From NCBI GenBank assembly GCA_951813565.1, contig OX638351.1:4384001-4448000 (forward strand): a DNA stretch of 64,000 nt, written 5' to 3'. The notes below the pieces were generated by a model. It was not told where the DNA came from, made no database searches, and worked only from the letters and a program-made list of their open reading frames with translations. How positions within the stretch are numbered: position 1 is the first letter of the stretch; each line of letters begins with the position of its first letter. Made by a program: the position numbers and the translations under genes. Below are positions 9,606 to 19,599 of the stretch, one piece after another. The DNA is from an uncultured Poribacteria bacterium (lineage in GTDB: Bacteria > Poribacteria > WGA-4E > WGA-3G).

Positions 9606-10016
9606 ATGGAAGAAACCGCCACCCAGGAAGATGTACAACTTCCCCCTGTTGATTTTGTATCTTTTATCTCTGATCTGATTACAACCGCACATCTTTACCT
9701 TCAAGGATTCCGCGATCCAGAAACAGAAAAAGTCATTGTCAATCTTGGTTTAGCAAAACGAATGATCGATACCTTAGAGATGTTAGAAAAAAAAACAAAA
9801 GGAAACTTAACCGCCCCTGAATCCAATTTTTTAGCAAATTCTCTCTATGATTTGCGAATGGGGTATGTTCGAGTTGCCAATAGTCAACAGGATACACCTG
9901 AACAGGGCGAATCAGAGGATGCACCTGAACAGGATACACCAAACGAGAACAACACTTCAACAGAAACGGAACAAAGACAGCAAGCAACAAACGGAGAAGA
10001 AAACACTGATTCCTGA
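9606..10016 (+). CDS. DUF1844 family protein
   Basis: 'PPVDF..FI..L...A', 'NL..AK..ID.L.ML..KTKGNLT..E..FL..LY.LR'. Confidence 0.85.
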   Translation: MEETATQEDVQLPPVDFVSFISDLITTAHLYLQGFRDPETEKVIVNLGLAKRMIDTLEMLEKKTKGNLTAPESNFLANSLYDLRMGYVRVANSQQDTPEQGESEDAPEQDTPNENNTSTETEQRQQATNGEENTDS

Positions 10017-10091
10017 CCATGTTAGGTCATCAGATCTTATACACCGAAGCCTTACGGAACTTTCCCATAGGCTGCATCACAACGGAGGATA

Positions 10092-11111
10092 ATGAGTTAT
10101 CAACGCAGGATCATTATTGCCTTCAGTCTGTTGTTTGGTCTCCTTATCGTAGGAACCATCGGTTATTCAGTGCTTGAAAAGAATAATCCACTGGGTGAGT
10201 GGGATATTCTTGATGCTGTTTGGATGACCTTAATTACGGTAACAACAGCGGGTTATGGTGATATGGAGATGGGTAATGCCGGACGCATTTTCACCATGTT
10301 TCTACTTGTCGGCGGTGTTGGATTGTTCGTCTATTGTATTACCATCACAAATGCCATCCTGATTGAAGGACAATTGTTAAGTTTTTTCAAGCAGAGAAAG
10401 ATGATACGAACAGTGGAAAAATTATCAAACCATTATATTATCTGTGGAATTGGAGACACTGGCTTGCATGTCCTTGAGGAGATGCTCAAGGCAGAAGCCA
10501 GTTTTGTCGGGATTGAATTGGATGAGGAGCGTTTGGAACACCTCGCTGAAACCCACGATTTCTTATATCTGCACGGTGATGCAACCGATGATGATATGCT
10601 TATCCGTGCTGGTATTGATCGGGCAAAAGGGCTTGTTGCATGTCTGAGTCGCGATCAAGACAATCTGTTTGTCGTGATTTCTGCGAAAAAACTCAACCCA
10701 AATTTGCGGGTTGCTTCCAAAGCAGTAGAACATAATTCTCCTGATAAACTTGTGACCGCAGGCGCTGATGAAGTCGTTTTACCGGACCATATCGGTGGAA
10801 TTAGACTCGCCTCTGGCATACTTGAGCCGCATCTAATTGATTTTTTTGCTAAAATGCAGGTAAGTCGACAAACAACAAGGTTCGCAGAATCTATTATCCA
10901 ACCTGACTCTAAACTTAATGGAATTACAATAGAAGAAGCCAGTATAAAAGAAGAAACAGGGTTAGTTGTGATAGCAATTCGTAGTAAGGACGGAACGTAT
11001 ATCTATAATCCTTCAGGAGACTTGAAAATTGAAGCTGGGGATGCACTATTTGTAATTTCTGACCAAAGACAGCTGCAAACACTTCATAGACTTACCGAAG
11101 ATGCACGTTAA
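10092..11111 (+). CDS. MthK/Kch-like potassium channel (2TM pore, TrkA_N and TrkA_C RCK domains)
   Basis: Filter 'TVTTAGYGD', 'HYIICGIGDTG', 'GDAT', 'AGADEVV', TrkA_C 'GLVVIAIR'. Confidence 0.92.
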   Translation: MSYQRRIIIAFSLLFGLLIVGTIGYSVLEKNNPLGEWDILDAVWMTLITVTTAGYGDMEMGNAGRIFTMFLLVGGVGLFVYCITITNAILIEGQLLSFFKQRKMIRTVEKLSNHYIICGIGDTGLHVLEEMLKAEASFVGIELDEERLEHLAETHDFLYLHGDATDDDMLIRAGIDRAKGLVACLSRDQDNLFVVISAKKLNPNLRVASKAVEHNSPDKLVTAGADEVVLPDHIGGIRLASGILEPHLIDFFAKMQVSRQTTRFAESIIQPDSKLNGITIEEASIKEETGLVVIAIRSKDGTYIYNPSGDLKIEAGDALFVISDQRQLQTLHRLTEDAR

Positions 11112-11274
11112 GGAAAATCAATTGTCTTAACATGAATTGAGATTGGACCTATATTATAGCGGATTCTACAATTAACTGGACATCTGAGCTGTCCGAGGGA
11201 ACTCCGATTCCCGACTATTAGTGGTTTGGTCGCGATTCGGAGATCGCTCCTACAGAATATATGTGAACTTATTT

Positions 11275-11773
11275 AACGTGAGCTTGATAATTAGAATGAG
11301 TATAGATGTCCGTTGGGTAGAGCGAAGCGAAACCCATAGGTGTAAACTTAAAGAAATTTACGCGTGCTAAATACCCAACTTATGAGATGACGATAGGTGC
11401 GCGTTGTAAGTGCGCTGTTTTATCTTCCTGTAGGAGCGACCTCCTGGTCGCGACATATTACGAACGGTCGCGAGCTGGAGCTCGCTCCTACAAGAAGAAA
11501 ATCGAGCGGACAAGGTTTCCCTCCTACAAGAGAAAATCCAGCATTTTTTCTTAAGTTGACACCTATGGGTAGAGCGAAGCGAAACCCAACAATTCAACCG
11601 TCTTGACAGTCCTAAAGAGTTGGGTTTCACTTATCTTTTCGAAAATATCGACCTCAAATAGGTCAACAACCTCTCTTTACGGTCTGTTTTTATTCTCCAT
11701 TTCCGTTCTACCCCACCGAATGCCGTAGGCGCATTCGGTGTTGATTCCCTACGGGATTTATCAAACTCACGTT
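11275..11773. mobile_element. MITE (AACGTGAG[C/T]TTGATAA TIR) containing a nested MITE, REPs and a hairpin unit
   Basis: TIRs at both ends; inner element 11337-11565; REP pair 11429-11492; hairpin unit 11716-11746. Confidence 0.75.
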
Positions 11774-11956
11774 AATTTACTATAAAAGATGTGCCCACAT
11801 AGAAACCGAGTGATACCATTCGTAAGGGACACACTTAAAGTTAATACGGAAGTAACGCTTATCAGAGAAACACGGAAGGGTGGTGGTTTATTGTGTTCCA
11901 TTTCCCATCTAATACCCCAATAGTCCGTTGCAATTGGAAACCAATCAAAAGGATTG

Positions 11957-13350
11957 ATGATGAAAACTTTAGTTGTGAATCGAAATACAATTGTGTCAAT
12001 TTTCTTAGTCATTTTGTTGATATATGGGACACAAGGTATCAGTTACGGACAGGATGAAGCCCTGATTGAATTTGCTGATGCTAATTTAGCAAGGGCAGTC
12101 CGCGAAGCATTAGGTCTTGGTACTGGAGATGGCGTTGACCTTCTTAAAATTCCAAAAGTGGAATTGGAAAAATTAACAACGTTAGATGCCTCAGACAAAA
12201 ATATAATTGATCTCACTGGCTTAGAACACGCGTCACAACTGACAGAGTTATATCTTGATGAGAATCAAATCAGCGACATCACCCCTCTTGCACAACTTAC
12301 ACAACTGACGAGGTTAAGCCTTCGGGAGAATCAAATCAGCGATGTCACGCCTCTGGCAGGATTGATATCTCTTAAATTGCTCCGCCTTTTGAATAATCCT
12401 ATTAAGAGTAAGTCCCCACTTCACGCGCTCCGGGATGCGAATCCAGATGTGGATTTAGATATTACAATCTATGATTATATAGAAGGTCCGTGGCTCTGGA
12501 TGATTGCACCTGGTGGACTCTTAAACGCTGATAATCTCGCCGCATCAAGTGAAGGCATGATTACGGAGACGCAGATCGCTCAAAACGGTGTTAGTGAGGG
12601 AGATCACTTTAACTCGTTGCAATGGACAAGCGGACGTTTACTGCCAACCAGAGTTTGCGGTATTTTCTTATGTTCGTCAGATAATGTCATCAATGTGGTT
12701 AGACAGATTGGGTTGACCGATAGTAAGCAACTAACTCAATATTCTGCTTATGCCTTGATTAACCTTTTCTCTCCACGCGAACAAAAAAATGTTTTGATGG
12801 GGGTAGGAAGCGATGATTCTATTAAAGTTTGGCTCAATGGCGAGGTTGTTTACATAAACGATACTACAAGAAGGATACAAAACCGGTTTCGTGTAGATCT
12901 GAATGCTGGTAATAATCTGCTGTTAATTAAAGTTTGCAACCATGGTAGTTGGAAGCATTCTCTTTGGACTACTAATGATGATTGGGGTATGTTTTTAAAA
13001 TCTACCTTGATCCTGCGGATTATACCATATCTCTTCCAATGCGGGATTCCAATAGTCAACAACCCGTGACATCTGAAGTGCCTGAAGTAACTGAAACTCC
13101 TGAAACGTGGATACCCTACCACTTAGCAAAAGACGCGGAGGTTACACTGCATATCTATGCGGTGAACGGCACATTTGTGCGGACGTTGACGCTTGGACAT
13201 CAACCTGCCGGGTTATATCAAAACCGTTCTCGTGCGGCATATTGGGATGGCAAAAACGAATTCGGTGAAGCTGTGGCGAGTGGTGTCTATTTCTATACGC
13301 TTACTGCAAGTGATTTCTCTACTACGCGGAAGATGCTGATACGGAAGTAA
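11957..13350 (+). pseudogene. Internalin-like LRR secreted protein with FlgD-Ig/T9SS-like C-terminal domain, frameshifted near 12992
   Basis: LRRs 'LTELYLDENQISDITPLAQL'. ORFs 11954-13069 and 12982-13350 join if the T5 run at 12992-12996 is T6 (WGMFFKIYLDP). CTD 'PETWIPYHL...AYWDGKNEFGE.VASGVYFYTL'. Confidence 0.75.
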
Positions 13351-13358
13351 ACCCAACC

Positions 13359-14237
13359 ATGTTAAGCCCTGAATTTCTCACCAAACTTGAGCCACTCCGC
13401 ATCCATTGCCAACAACCGTTTCGTGGGAAATTCAGAGGTGATCGTCGCAGTCTTAATCGTGGAACTGGGGTGGAATTTGCTGATTACCGTCTCTATGAAC
13501 ATGGGGATGATCTCCGTTATCTTGACTGGAATGTTTATGCTCGTTTGGAAAAGTTGTTTATCAAATTATTCCAAGCAGACGAAGAATTGGCGATCTCTAT
13601 TTTGATAGATACAAGCCGTTCAATGGAGTTTGGCGATCCTTCGAAGTTAACCTATGCAAAACAGATTGCTGCTGCGTTAGGTTATATCACTTTGGCAAAT
13701 TCGGATCGCGTGTCGTTATATACTTTGGCGGAGCGTCTGTTTTCGGCATTACCATCCACTTATGGAAAATCACAATATCCACGTTTTCAGAAAGCACTTG
13801 CGACGATTGAAGCAGATGGGACAACGCATTTGACAGAATGTCTAAAACATTTGGCAGCGTCCCAACCGAAAGCGGGTGTTACGATCATTCTGAGCGATTT
13901 CTTGGATTCTGCAGGTTATTCAGAGGGTATCAATTCGTTGTTAGGACGTGGATTCGTGCTAACATTAATCCACGTTCAATGCCCTGAAGAAATTGATCCA
14001 CCACCTCCCGGTGAGTGGCGGCTGGAAGACGCTGAAACCAACGAGACAAAAGAAATTACGATCAACGAAGAGACTATCGCGCACTACCTAAACCGTCAAA
14101 AAGAATTCTGTAATAACTTACACCGATTTTGTATAGAGCGGGGTATCGGCTATATCCGAATAAATACGGATGTCTCGTTTGAGGCTGTTATTTTACAGGA
14201 TATGCAACGTGCAGGGTTTATTCAGCGAAAACGTTGA
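13359..14237 (+). CDS. DUF58 (VWA-like) protein
   Basis: 'GTGVEFADYR.Y..GDDLR.LDWN', 'IDTSRSM', 'LSDF'. Confidence 0.92.
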   Translation: MLSPEFLTKLEPLRIHCQQPFRGKFRGDRRSLNRGTGVEFADYRLYEHGDDLRYLDWNVYARLEKLFIKLFQADEELAISILIDTSRSMEFGDPSKLTYAKQIAAALGYITLANSDRVSLYTLAERLFSALPSTYGKSQYPRFQKALATIEADGTTHLTECLKHLAASQPKAGVTIILSDFLDSAGYSEGINSLLGRGFVLTLIHVQCPEEIDPPPPGEWRLEDAETNETKEITINEETIAHYLNRQKEFCNNLHRFCIERGIGYIRINTDVSFEAVILQDMQRAGFIQRKR

Positions 14238-14269
14238 AAACCATTGTGGTATTTAGCGAGGATAATGAT

Positions 14270-14812
14270 ATGCAAAAACAGTTTACACAAGCAAAATTAG
14301 AACTTGTCCAAGGTGATATAACGAAAGCAGAAATTGATGCGATTGTAAACGCAGCAAACGAAAAACTGATCGGTGGCGGCGGTGTAGACGGAGCGATTCG
14401 TAGGGCTGGTGGGGATGCGGTTGTAAAGGCGTGCGACGTAATTCGTGCGCAGCAAGGAGGTTGTCCGACAGGCAAAGCAGTTATTACCACAGGCGGCAAC
14501 TTACCAGCACAATATATCATCCACACTGTTGGTCCGATTTGGCAGGGAGGCAATGCGGGTGAGGCTGCGCTTCTCGCAAGTTGTTATAAAGAGAGTCTTC
14601 AGTTAGCTGCAGAAAACGAAGTGAAATCAATCGCTTTTCCATCAATTAGCACAGGGGTTTATGGATACCCAACAAAAAATGCGGCGAGTGTTGCACTTGA
14701 GACCATTCGTGACTTGGCAGAAAGTAATGCTATGATACCAGAACTAATCCAATTTGTTTTATTCGATGATGCAACCTATAGTTGTTACGCAGATGCGCTT
14801 TCGGATATTTGA
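14270..14812 (+). CDS. ymdB: Macro-domain O-acetyl-ADP-ribose deacetylase (YmdB-like)
   Basis: 'GDIT...DAIVNAAN..L.GGGGVDGAI', 'IHTVGP', 'AFPSISTGVYGYP'. ATG 14270 follows GAGG. Confidence 0.9.
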   Translation: MQKQFTQAKLELVQGDITKAEIDAIVNAANEKLIGGGGVDGAIRRAGGDAVVKACDVIRAQQGGCPTGKAVITTGGNLPAQYIIHTVGPIWQGGNAGEAALLASCYKESLQLAAENEVKSIAFPSISTGVYGYPTKNAASVALETIRDLAESNAMIPELIQFVLFDDATYSCYADALSDI

Positions 14813-14886
14813 ACAGTGGGATACATTGTGTTATATGAGATAGAATCCACCTACCGTCAAGCATGTTTCTGCTACGATTATACTTA

Positions 14887-15087
14887 TACCATTTCTAAAA
14901 AATGAGACTTCATTGTGAAATTATCGGTTCAAGCTGAGTTGAAGAATGTCCGAGGCGCCAAATGCCAAACGCAGAATCAACGCCGAGCGCGCGTATGGCA
15001 CTCGTCGCATTTGGCGTTGATTTGGCAATGAATTGCGCGACTACAAACGTGTTTTTTGTTAATGAAGGCGATCAATTAGAAATGGTA
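14887..15087. mobile_element. IS630-type MITE, TIR TACCATTTCTAA, TTA flanks
   Basis: 12-bp perfect TIR with TTA on both sides; encloses a REP carrying two nested hairpin units. Confidence 0.75.
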
Positions 15088-15144
15088 TTACAAGACGTGA
15101 CTATTACGCAAAACCTCCGACGTACCTAAGGGAGTCGCTCAAGT

Positions 15145-16326
15145 TTGGCATCCAGCAATTTTAGCCGGGCATCATTAATTCTGCCCATCTACCTCCCTGC
15201 CTTACTTCTCTCAACAGGCGCGGGGATCATCTCTCCAACACTCCCTATCTATATCAAATCGTTTGAGTTATCCTATACGTTGACGACTTTCGTAATTGCA
15301 GTTGGCGTTGTAGGGAATATCCCTGCTGGTGTGTTAGTAGCGCGAATTGGCAGAAAACCTGCGATGCTGCTTGGCTTGGTAATGATAGGTTTTTCAGCAA
15401 TTGGTATGGGAACAGCCCGAAACATTTGGCATCTTTTCGGGGCGCAGTTAGTTGGGGGTGTCGGTAATGCGTTGTGGATGCTCTCTCGACATGCCTATAT
15501 GGCAGATGTAATTCCGTTGGCAAAACGTGGAAGATCAATCGCGTTGTTTGGCGGTGTCAATCGGATGGGAACTTTCGCTGGAAAGTTTGGCGCAATCTTC
15601 CTTGGGGTGAACCTACGTCTCCCATTCTTTGTATATACAGCATTTGCTGTGATAACATTAATCATCTGCTTCTTCTCTATACCCGGAACAAAACAGGAGT
15701 CAAAGACTCATCCGCAAAAAGCCCAACAACCCTATCTAAAACAACTTCTTCATGTGTCAAAACAGCATTTTGAACTCTTGGCAACAGCTGGCATAGGACA
15801 GGTCTGTGTTCAGACACTACGGCGCGGATGTCATATCATCATTCCGCTTTATGCAAATGATGTCGCAGGTTTAACGACACGAGACGTGCGTTTAGTAGAA
15901 ATGATTTCTTCGTCCGTTGATATGTCAATGTTCCCTGTGGCTGGGTTTATGATGGATCGTTTCGGTAGGCGATACGCAACGGTGCCGGGTATCTATATCT
16001 TTGCTACGGGTATGGTGTTGATGCCATTTACGCATACGTTTACATGGCTTCTATTGGCGGCAATTGTGATGCGATTTGGTAACGGAATCGCATCAGGAAC
16101 AATGATGACACTCGGTGCGGATTTAGCACCGAAGGAAGGTACTGGAGAATTCCTTGGGTTGTGGCGACTTACTGGGGATTTTGGTGGTTCCGCGGGACCT
16201 GTCGTTGTTGGAAATATCGCGGATCTATTTGGATTGGGTTTTTCGGGTTTTGCTTTAGGCGGAATTGGTTACCTTGCGGTCGGTATCTTCCTCTGGTTAG
16301 TTCCAGAGACGCTGCAAAGGGAATAA
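15145..16326 (+). CDS. MFS transporter
   Basis: About 12 hydrophobic segments; motif A 'G.LVARIGRK' and 'GFMMDRFGRR'. Confidence 0.92.
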   Translation: MASSNFSRASLILPIYLPALLLSTGAGIISPTLPIYIKSFELSYTLTTFVIAVGVVGNIPAGVLVARIGRKPAMLLGLVMIGFSAIGMGTARNIWHLFGAQLVGGVGNALWMLSRHAYMADVIPLAKRGRSIALFGGVNRMGTFAGKFGAIFLGVNLRLPFFVYTAFAVITLIICFFSIPGTKQESKTHPQKAQQPYLKQLLHVSKQHFELLATAGIGQVCVQTLRRGCHIIIPLYANDVAGLTTRDVRLVEMISSSVDMSMFPVAGFMMDRFGRRYATVPGIYIFATGMVLMPFTHTFTWLLLAAIVMRFGNGIASGTMMTLGADLAPKEGTGEFLGLWRLTGDFGGSAGPVVVGNIADLFGLGFSGFALGGIGYLAVGIFLWLVPETLQRE

Positions 16327-16328
16327 CA

Positions 16329-16414
16329 TGCCGGGAAAGGGACTCGAACCCTTACGCGCGAAATGCACACTAGAACCTGAATCTAGCCTGTCTACCAAAT
16401 TCCAGCATCCCGGC
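16329..16414 (-). tRNA. tRNA-Leu (CAG anticodon), CCA not encoded
   Basis: GCCGGGA acceptor stem, D-loop TGGTAGAC, anticodon arm CTAGA-TTCAGGT-TCTAG, long variable arm, T-arm AAGGG-TTCGAGT-CCCTT. Confidence 0.96.
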
Positions 16415-16429
16415 TTAATAGATAATACA

Positions 16430-16458
16430 AGTATACACAGATTGCTGAGAAAAGTCAA
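16430..16458 (-). promoter_or_regulatory. Sigma70-like promoter of tRNA-Leu
   Basis: TTGACT-17 bp-TATACT on the minus strand just upstream of the tRNA. Confidence 0.6.
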
Positions 16459-16567
16459 ATTAAAAGCGTAAATATGGTATAATCTTAATATGATATTGGG
16501 TTGATGCAAAATGGTTTTGGAGTAGCATAATTACAAAGAAGTCCGCAAATGTAACGGAGAAAAAACG

Positions 16568-17095
16568 ATGAAACGTTACCTATATATCCTCTTACTGATA
16601 TGTGCTTGCGTAATAGTTTTGGGATGCCAATCAAAAGCATTCCAAATGCTAATTGAACCGCAGGAATAGGAGAATCTTTCGGTTGCAGATGGTGTAACCT
16701 GTACTGCGCCAGAAATGATAGATGGTAATCTAAAAACAGTTGGGTATGCGAAGGGCAGATGGATTCATTTGACACTCCCCACCCGAAAAACTATCCATCG
16801 TATTATCATCCGTGGCACAAACATTACAGATGCAATTTTGTATAAGCAGTTAGAAGGTGACGGACGTTGGCAAGCGATTCTGGAGGTTCATAACAACCGA
16901 GGTAATGCGATTGAGATGCTTAGGAGTATTGTGGCACAATCATTACGTATTTTTGTCGGTGGCACATCCGAAGATAAACGCAGAGCCCCCCAATATTCTC
17001 ATCTGCCTGGCGGCATCGTGCAGCGAAAGGCATTAGGTAAACCGTTCGCTCAGGAAATTGAGGTATACGGACTTATATCAAAGGACAAAAAATGA
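16568..17095 (+). pseudogene. Putative lipoprotein (discoidin/F5-8-like fold) interrupted by an in-frame TAG at 16667-16669
   Basis: ATG 16568 after GGAG gives MKRYLYILLLICACVIVLGC...EPQE*ENLSVADGVTCTAPEMIDGN, in frame with ORF 16715-17095. Confidence 0.65.
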
Positions 17096-18156
17096 AACGT
17101 TTGATTTTTGAAGATACTTATAGTTGGTCAGTATTTAGTGAGGCACGGCAGATAGATTTTAACGGACATTTATGGGTTAGAGACGAGGGAAATATCGCAA
17201 TTGATCCAGTTGCAACGTGCGATGCCGACCGTGTCCAATTTGAAGGACTTGGTGGTGCGAAATGGATTGTTATTACAAATCGTGACCATGAACGAGAAGC
17301 TGCTGCCTTACAGGAATGGACAGGGGCTGAAGTGATTGTGCATGAAGCGGATGCTGATTTGCTTGAGATTAAACCGTCTCGAACAATCCGTGATGGCGAA
17401 ACTATTGTTCCCGGATTACAAGCTGTGCATCTCCCGTTTGGCAAAAGCCCTGGAGAAATAGCGCTCTATTTTTCTCAGAAAAATGCAATCCTTTTTGGAG
17501 ATATAGTTGCTGGTGAACCGATGGGACGCTTGACACTACTTGCAGATGATAAATTAGAAGATGCCCCAAAAGCTGCGATGCAACTGCGCAAGGTGTTAGC
17601 ACTGAATTTCAACGCAGTCCTTGTTGGAGACGGACACTCCCTCTTTAGAGAAGGACGGCAAGAATTGGTGGAGTGCCTGCAGGCACGGAGCGATATCTAT
17701 ATCAATCGTATCAACATTGATGAAATTGAGTGGGCGCATAGAGATGCACCAAACCCTTACGGTTTTGAATATAAAGACATTGACCCGCTTATCGGTGCTA
17801 AAAATATAGGATACTGCGTTTACCGTCTACAACCGGGCAAGGCGAGTTTCCCGATGCACCTGCACCATTTTGGCGAGGAGATGTGTTACGTCATGGAAGG
17901 CACTTGTACACTCAAAACGCCGCGGGACGATCTTGAAGTGCGACAAGGCGATTTCATTGCGTTTCCACCTGGTCCGGTCGGCACACATAAGTTCGTAAAT
18001 GAAGGTGATGCGCCAGTTATACTGTTTATACTTGGTACTACTACCCCACACGATGTGAGTGAATATCCGGATTCTAACAAGGTGTTACCTTATGTGATTA
18101 GGGAAATTTATCGGAAAGGTGAGAGTCTAAATTATTTTGATGGCGAGGTGGAATAG
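17092..18156 (+). CDS. Metallo-beta-lactamase-fold plus cupin fusion protein
   Basis: N-half 'IDP...ITNRDHER...GKSPGE...FGD...GDG'; C-half cupin 'FPMHLHHFGEEMCYV...GDFIAFPPG...HKF'. Confidence 0.8.
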   Translation: MKRLIFEDTYSWSVFSEARQIDFNGHLWVRDEGNIAIDPVATCDADRVQFEGLGGAKWIVITNRDHEREAAALQEWTGAEVIVHEADADLLEIKPSRTIRDGETIVPGLQAVHLPFGKSPGEIALYFSQKNAILFGDIVAGEPMGRLTLLADDKLEDAPKAAMQLRKVLALNFNAVLVGDGHSLFREGRQELVECLQARSDIYINRINIDEIEWAHRDAPNPYGFEYKDIDPLIGAKNIGYCVYRLQPGKASFPMHLHHFGEEMCYVMEGTCTLKTPRDDLEVRQGDFIAFPPGPVGTHKFVNEGDAPVILFILGTTTPHDVSEYPDSNKVLPYVIREIYRKGESLNYFDGEVE

Positions 18157-18159
18157 TTA

Positions 18160-18226
18160 TACCATTTCTAATTGACGAATTGTCCCGACCTACGAAATAA
18201 TGTCCTATTATCATATAGAAATGGTA
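18160..18226. mobile_element. 67-bp IS630-type MITE (TIR TACCATTTCTA) between convergent genes
   Basis: TTA at 18157-59 and 18227-29; the second TTA is the sulfatase stop codon on the minus strand. Confidence 0.65.
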
Positions 18227-19594
18227 TTAGGTATGCCTAACTTTCGACCTACGTACCTCTTGGTTTTCTTTTGCTCGCGCATCTTCAAGATCAGGGTCAA
18301 CAATAGCATGCAGAGCATCTTCTAATTCACTACGTATTGCAGCATATTCAGGCATTAACGCCAAATCTTCGTTTTCAAGTGGATCAACCTCCACATTGAA
18401 CAGCTGCGGTTGGCTTCCGACGTAGTGACATAGTTTGTAATCCCCACGTTTGAGCATAAATCCAGCGTTTAGCATGCCCATGTGGTGGTATTCTGAGAAG
18501 ACGGAACGCGTTGTTTTGCCTGATTGTTTATTGGCAATTTCCAGTAGACTGTCACCCGGTAAATCGGACGGTTTTTCTAAACCGGCAATTTCTAATAAAG
18601 TTGGTAAAACATCTACCAAAGAGACATTTTGCTTTACACGACCAATTTTACCCGAAGGCAAGCGCAACATTAAAGGCACTTTTACTGCCGGTTCGTAGAA
18701 ACACTGCTTTTGCCAAATGCCGTGGTACCCTCCCATTTCACCATGATCGCTGGTGTAGATAACGACTGTGTTTTCACGTAACGGCGACGTATCAATGGCT
18801 TCTAATACCCGTCCAATCTGCGCATCAAGAGACGAAACAAGCGCATAATAGGAGGCTAACGCACAGCGGACAGTTTCTTCTGGTGGCGGAATGTCGTTAC
18901 GCCACGCCCAACGGTGGTGCTGGATTACGGGGTGCTGTGATTCAAGTGGTTCGTTCCACGTTTCTGGCAGCGCAAGTGTGTCCGGATCGTACCATGAGAA
19001 AAACTCAGGTGGTGCAATCAGTGGAAAGTGCGGGTGCATGAATCCACAATAAAGCAGGAAAGGTTTATCGTCTGGTGCATCAACTTTTCTGCGGAGAAAA
19101 TCTACTGCCAAGTCCGCAACCTTTCGGTCATACCTTGTGTGTTCGTGATCTCCTGGACCACATTCAGTAACGTGTGAATTGGAACCCCGACGTGCATCCG
19201 CAGTGCGTCGTGGCGGATTCCCTTTTATGTTGCACCACCGTGGCAGATCATCCAATAAGCGATCAGAAAAACCGAGAAGCCGATCCGTCCCATTGAAATG
19301 TGTGCGTCCACACAACACGGTCTCATAACCCGCCTCTGTCAAATAATCTCCCCACGTTTTGTATTTCCGATCAAGTATTGCCCCTAAATCCCATGCTTCA
19401 ATCTGATGCAGATAACGTCCTGTAAGCATAGACAAACGTGATGGCGTACAGATTGGGCTATTGCAATACGCGTTATCATAAGTGTAGCACTGTTCGGAAA
19501 GACGGTCAAGGTGCGGTGTACGGACAACTGGATGTCCGCTATGCCCCATCATCGTTCCTGTGTGTTCATCTGAGAATAGAAAAACGATATTCAT
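18227..19594 (-). CDS. Cys-type (formylglycine-dependent) sulfatase, choline-sulfatase-like
   Basis: 'NIVFLFSDEH', 'CTPSR..MLTG', 'PHFP', 'SDHGE', 'WQK'. Confidence 0.92.
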   Translation of the reverse strand: MNIVFLFSDEHTGTMMGHSGHPVVRTPHLDRLSEQCYTYDNAYCNSPICTPSRLSMLTGRYLHQIEAWDLGAILDRKYKTWGDYLTEAGYETVLCGRTHFNGTDRLLGFSDRLLDDLPRWCNIKGNPPRRTADARRGSNSHVTECGPGDHEHTRYDRKVADLAVDFLRRKVDAPDDKPFLLYCGFMHPHFPLIAPPEFFSWYDPDTLALPETWNEPLESQHPVIQHHRWAWRNDIPPPEETVRCALASYYALVSSLDAQIGRVLEAIDTSPLRENTVVIYTSDHGEMGGYHGIWQKQCFYEPAVKVPLMLRLPSGKIGRVKQNVSLVDVLPTLLEIAGLEKPSDLPGDSLLEIANKQSGKTTRSVFSEYHHMGMLNAGFMLKRGDYKLCHYVGSQPQLFNVEVDPLENEDLALMPEYAAIRSELEDALHAIVDPDLEDARAKENQEVRRSKVRHT

Positions 19595-19599
19595 TAAAT

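Noticed and set aside
16329..16414. tRNA as an integration site for an island
   Set aside because: No integrase and no duplicated tRNA 3' end were noticed in the window.
16667..16669. Pyrrolysine or stop-codon reassignment
   Set aside because: TAG ends many clearly intact genes here (for example at 1087, 2206 and 18156), and no pyl genes are seen.
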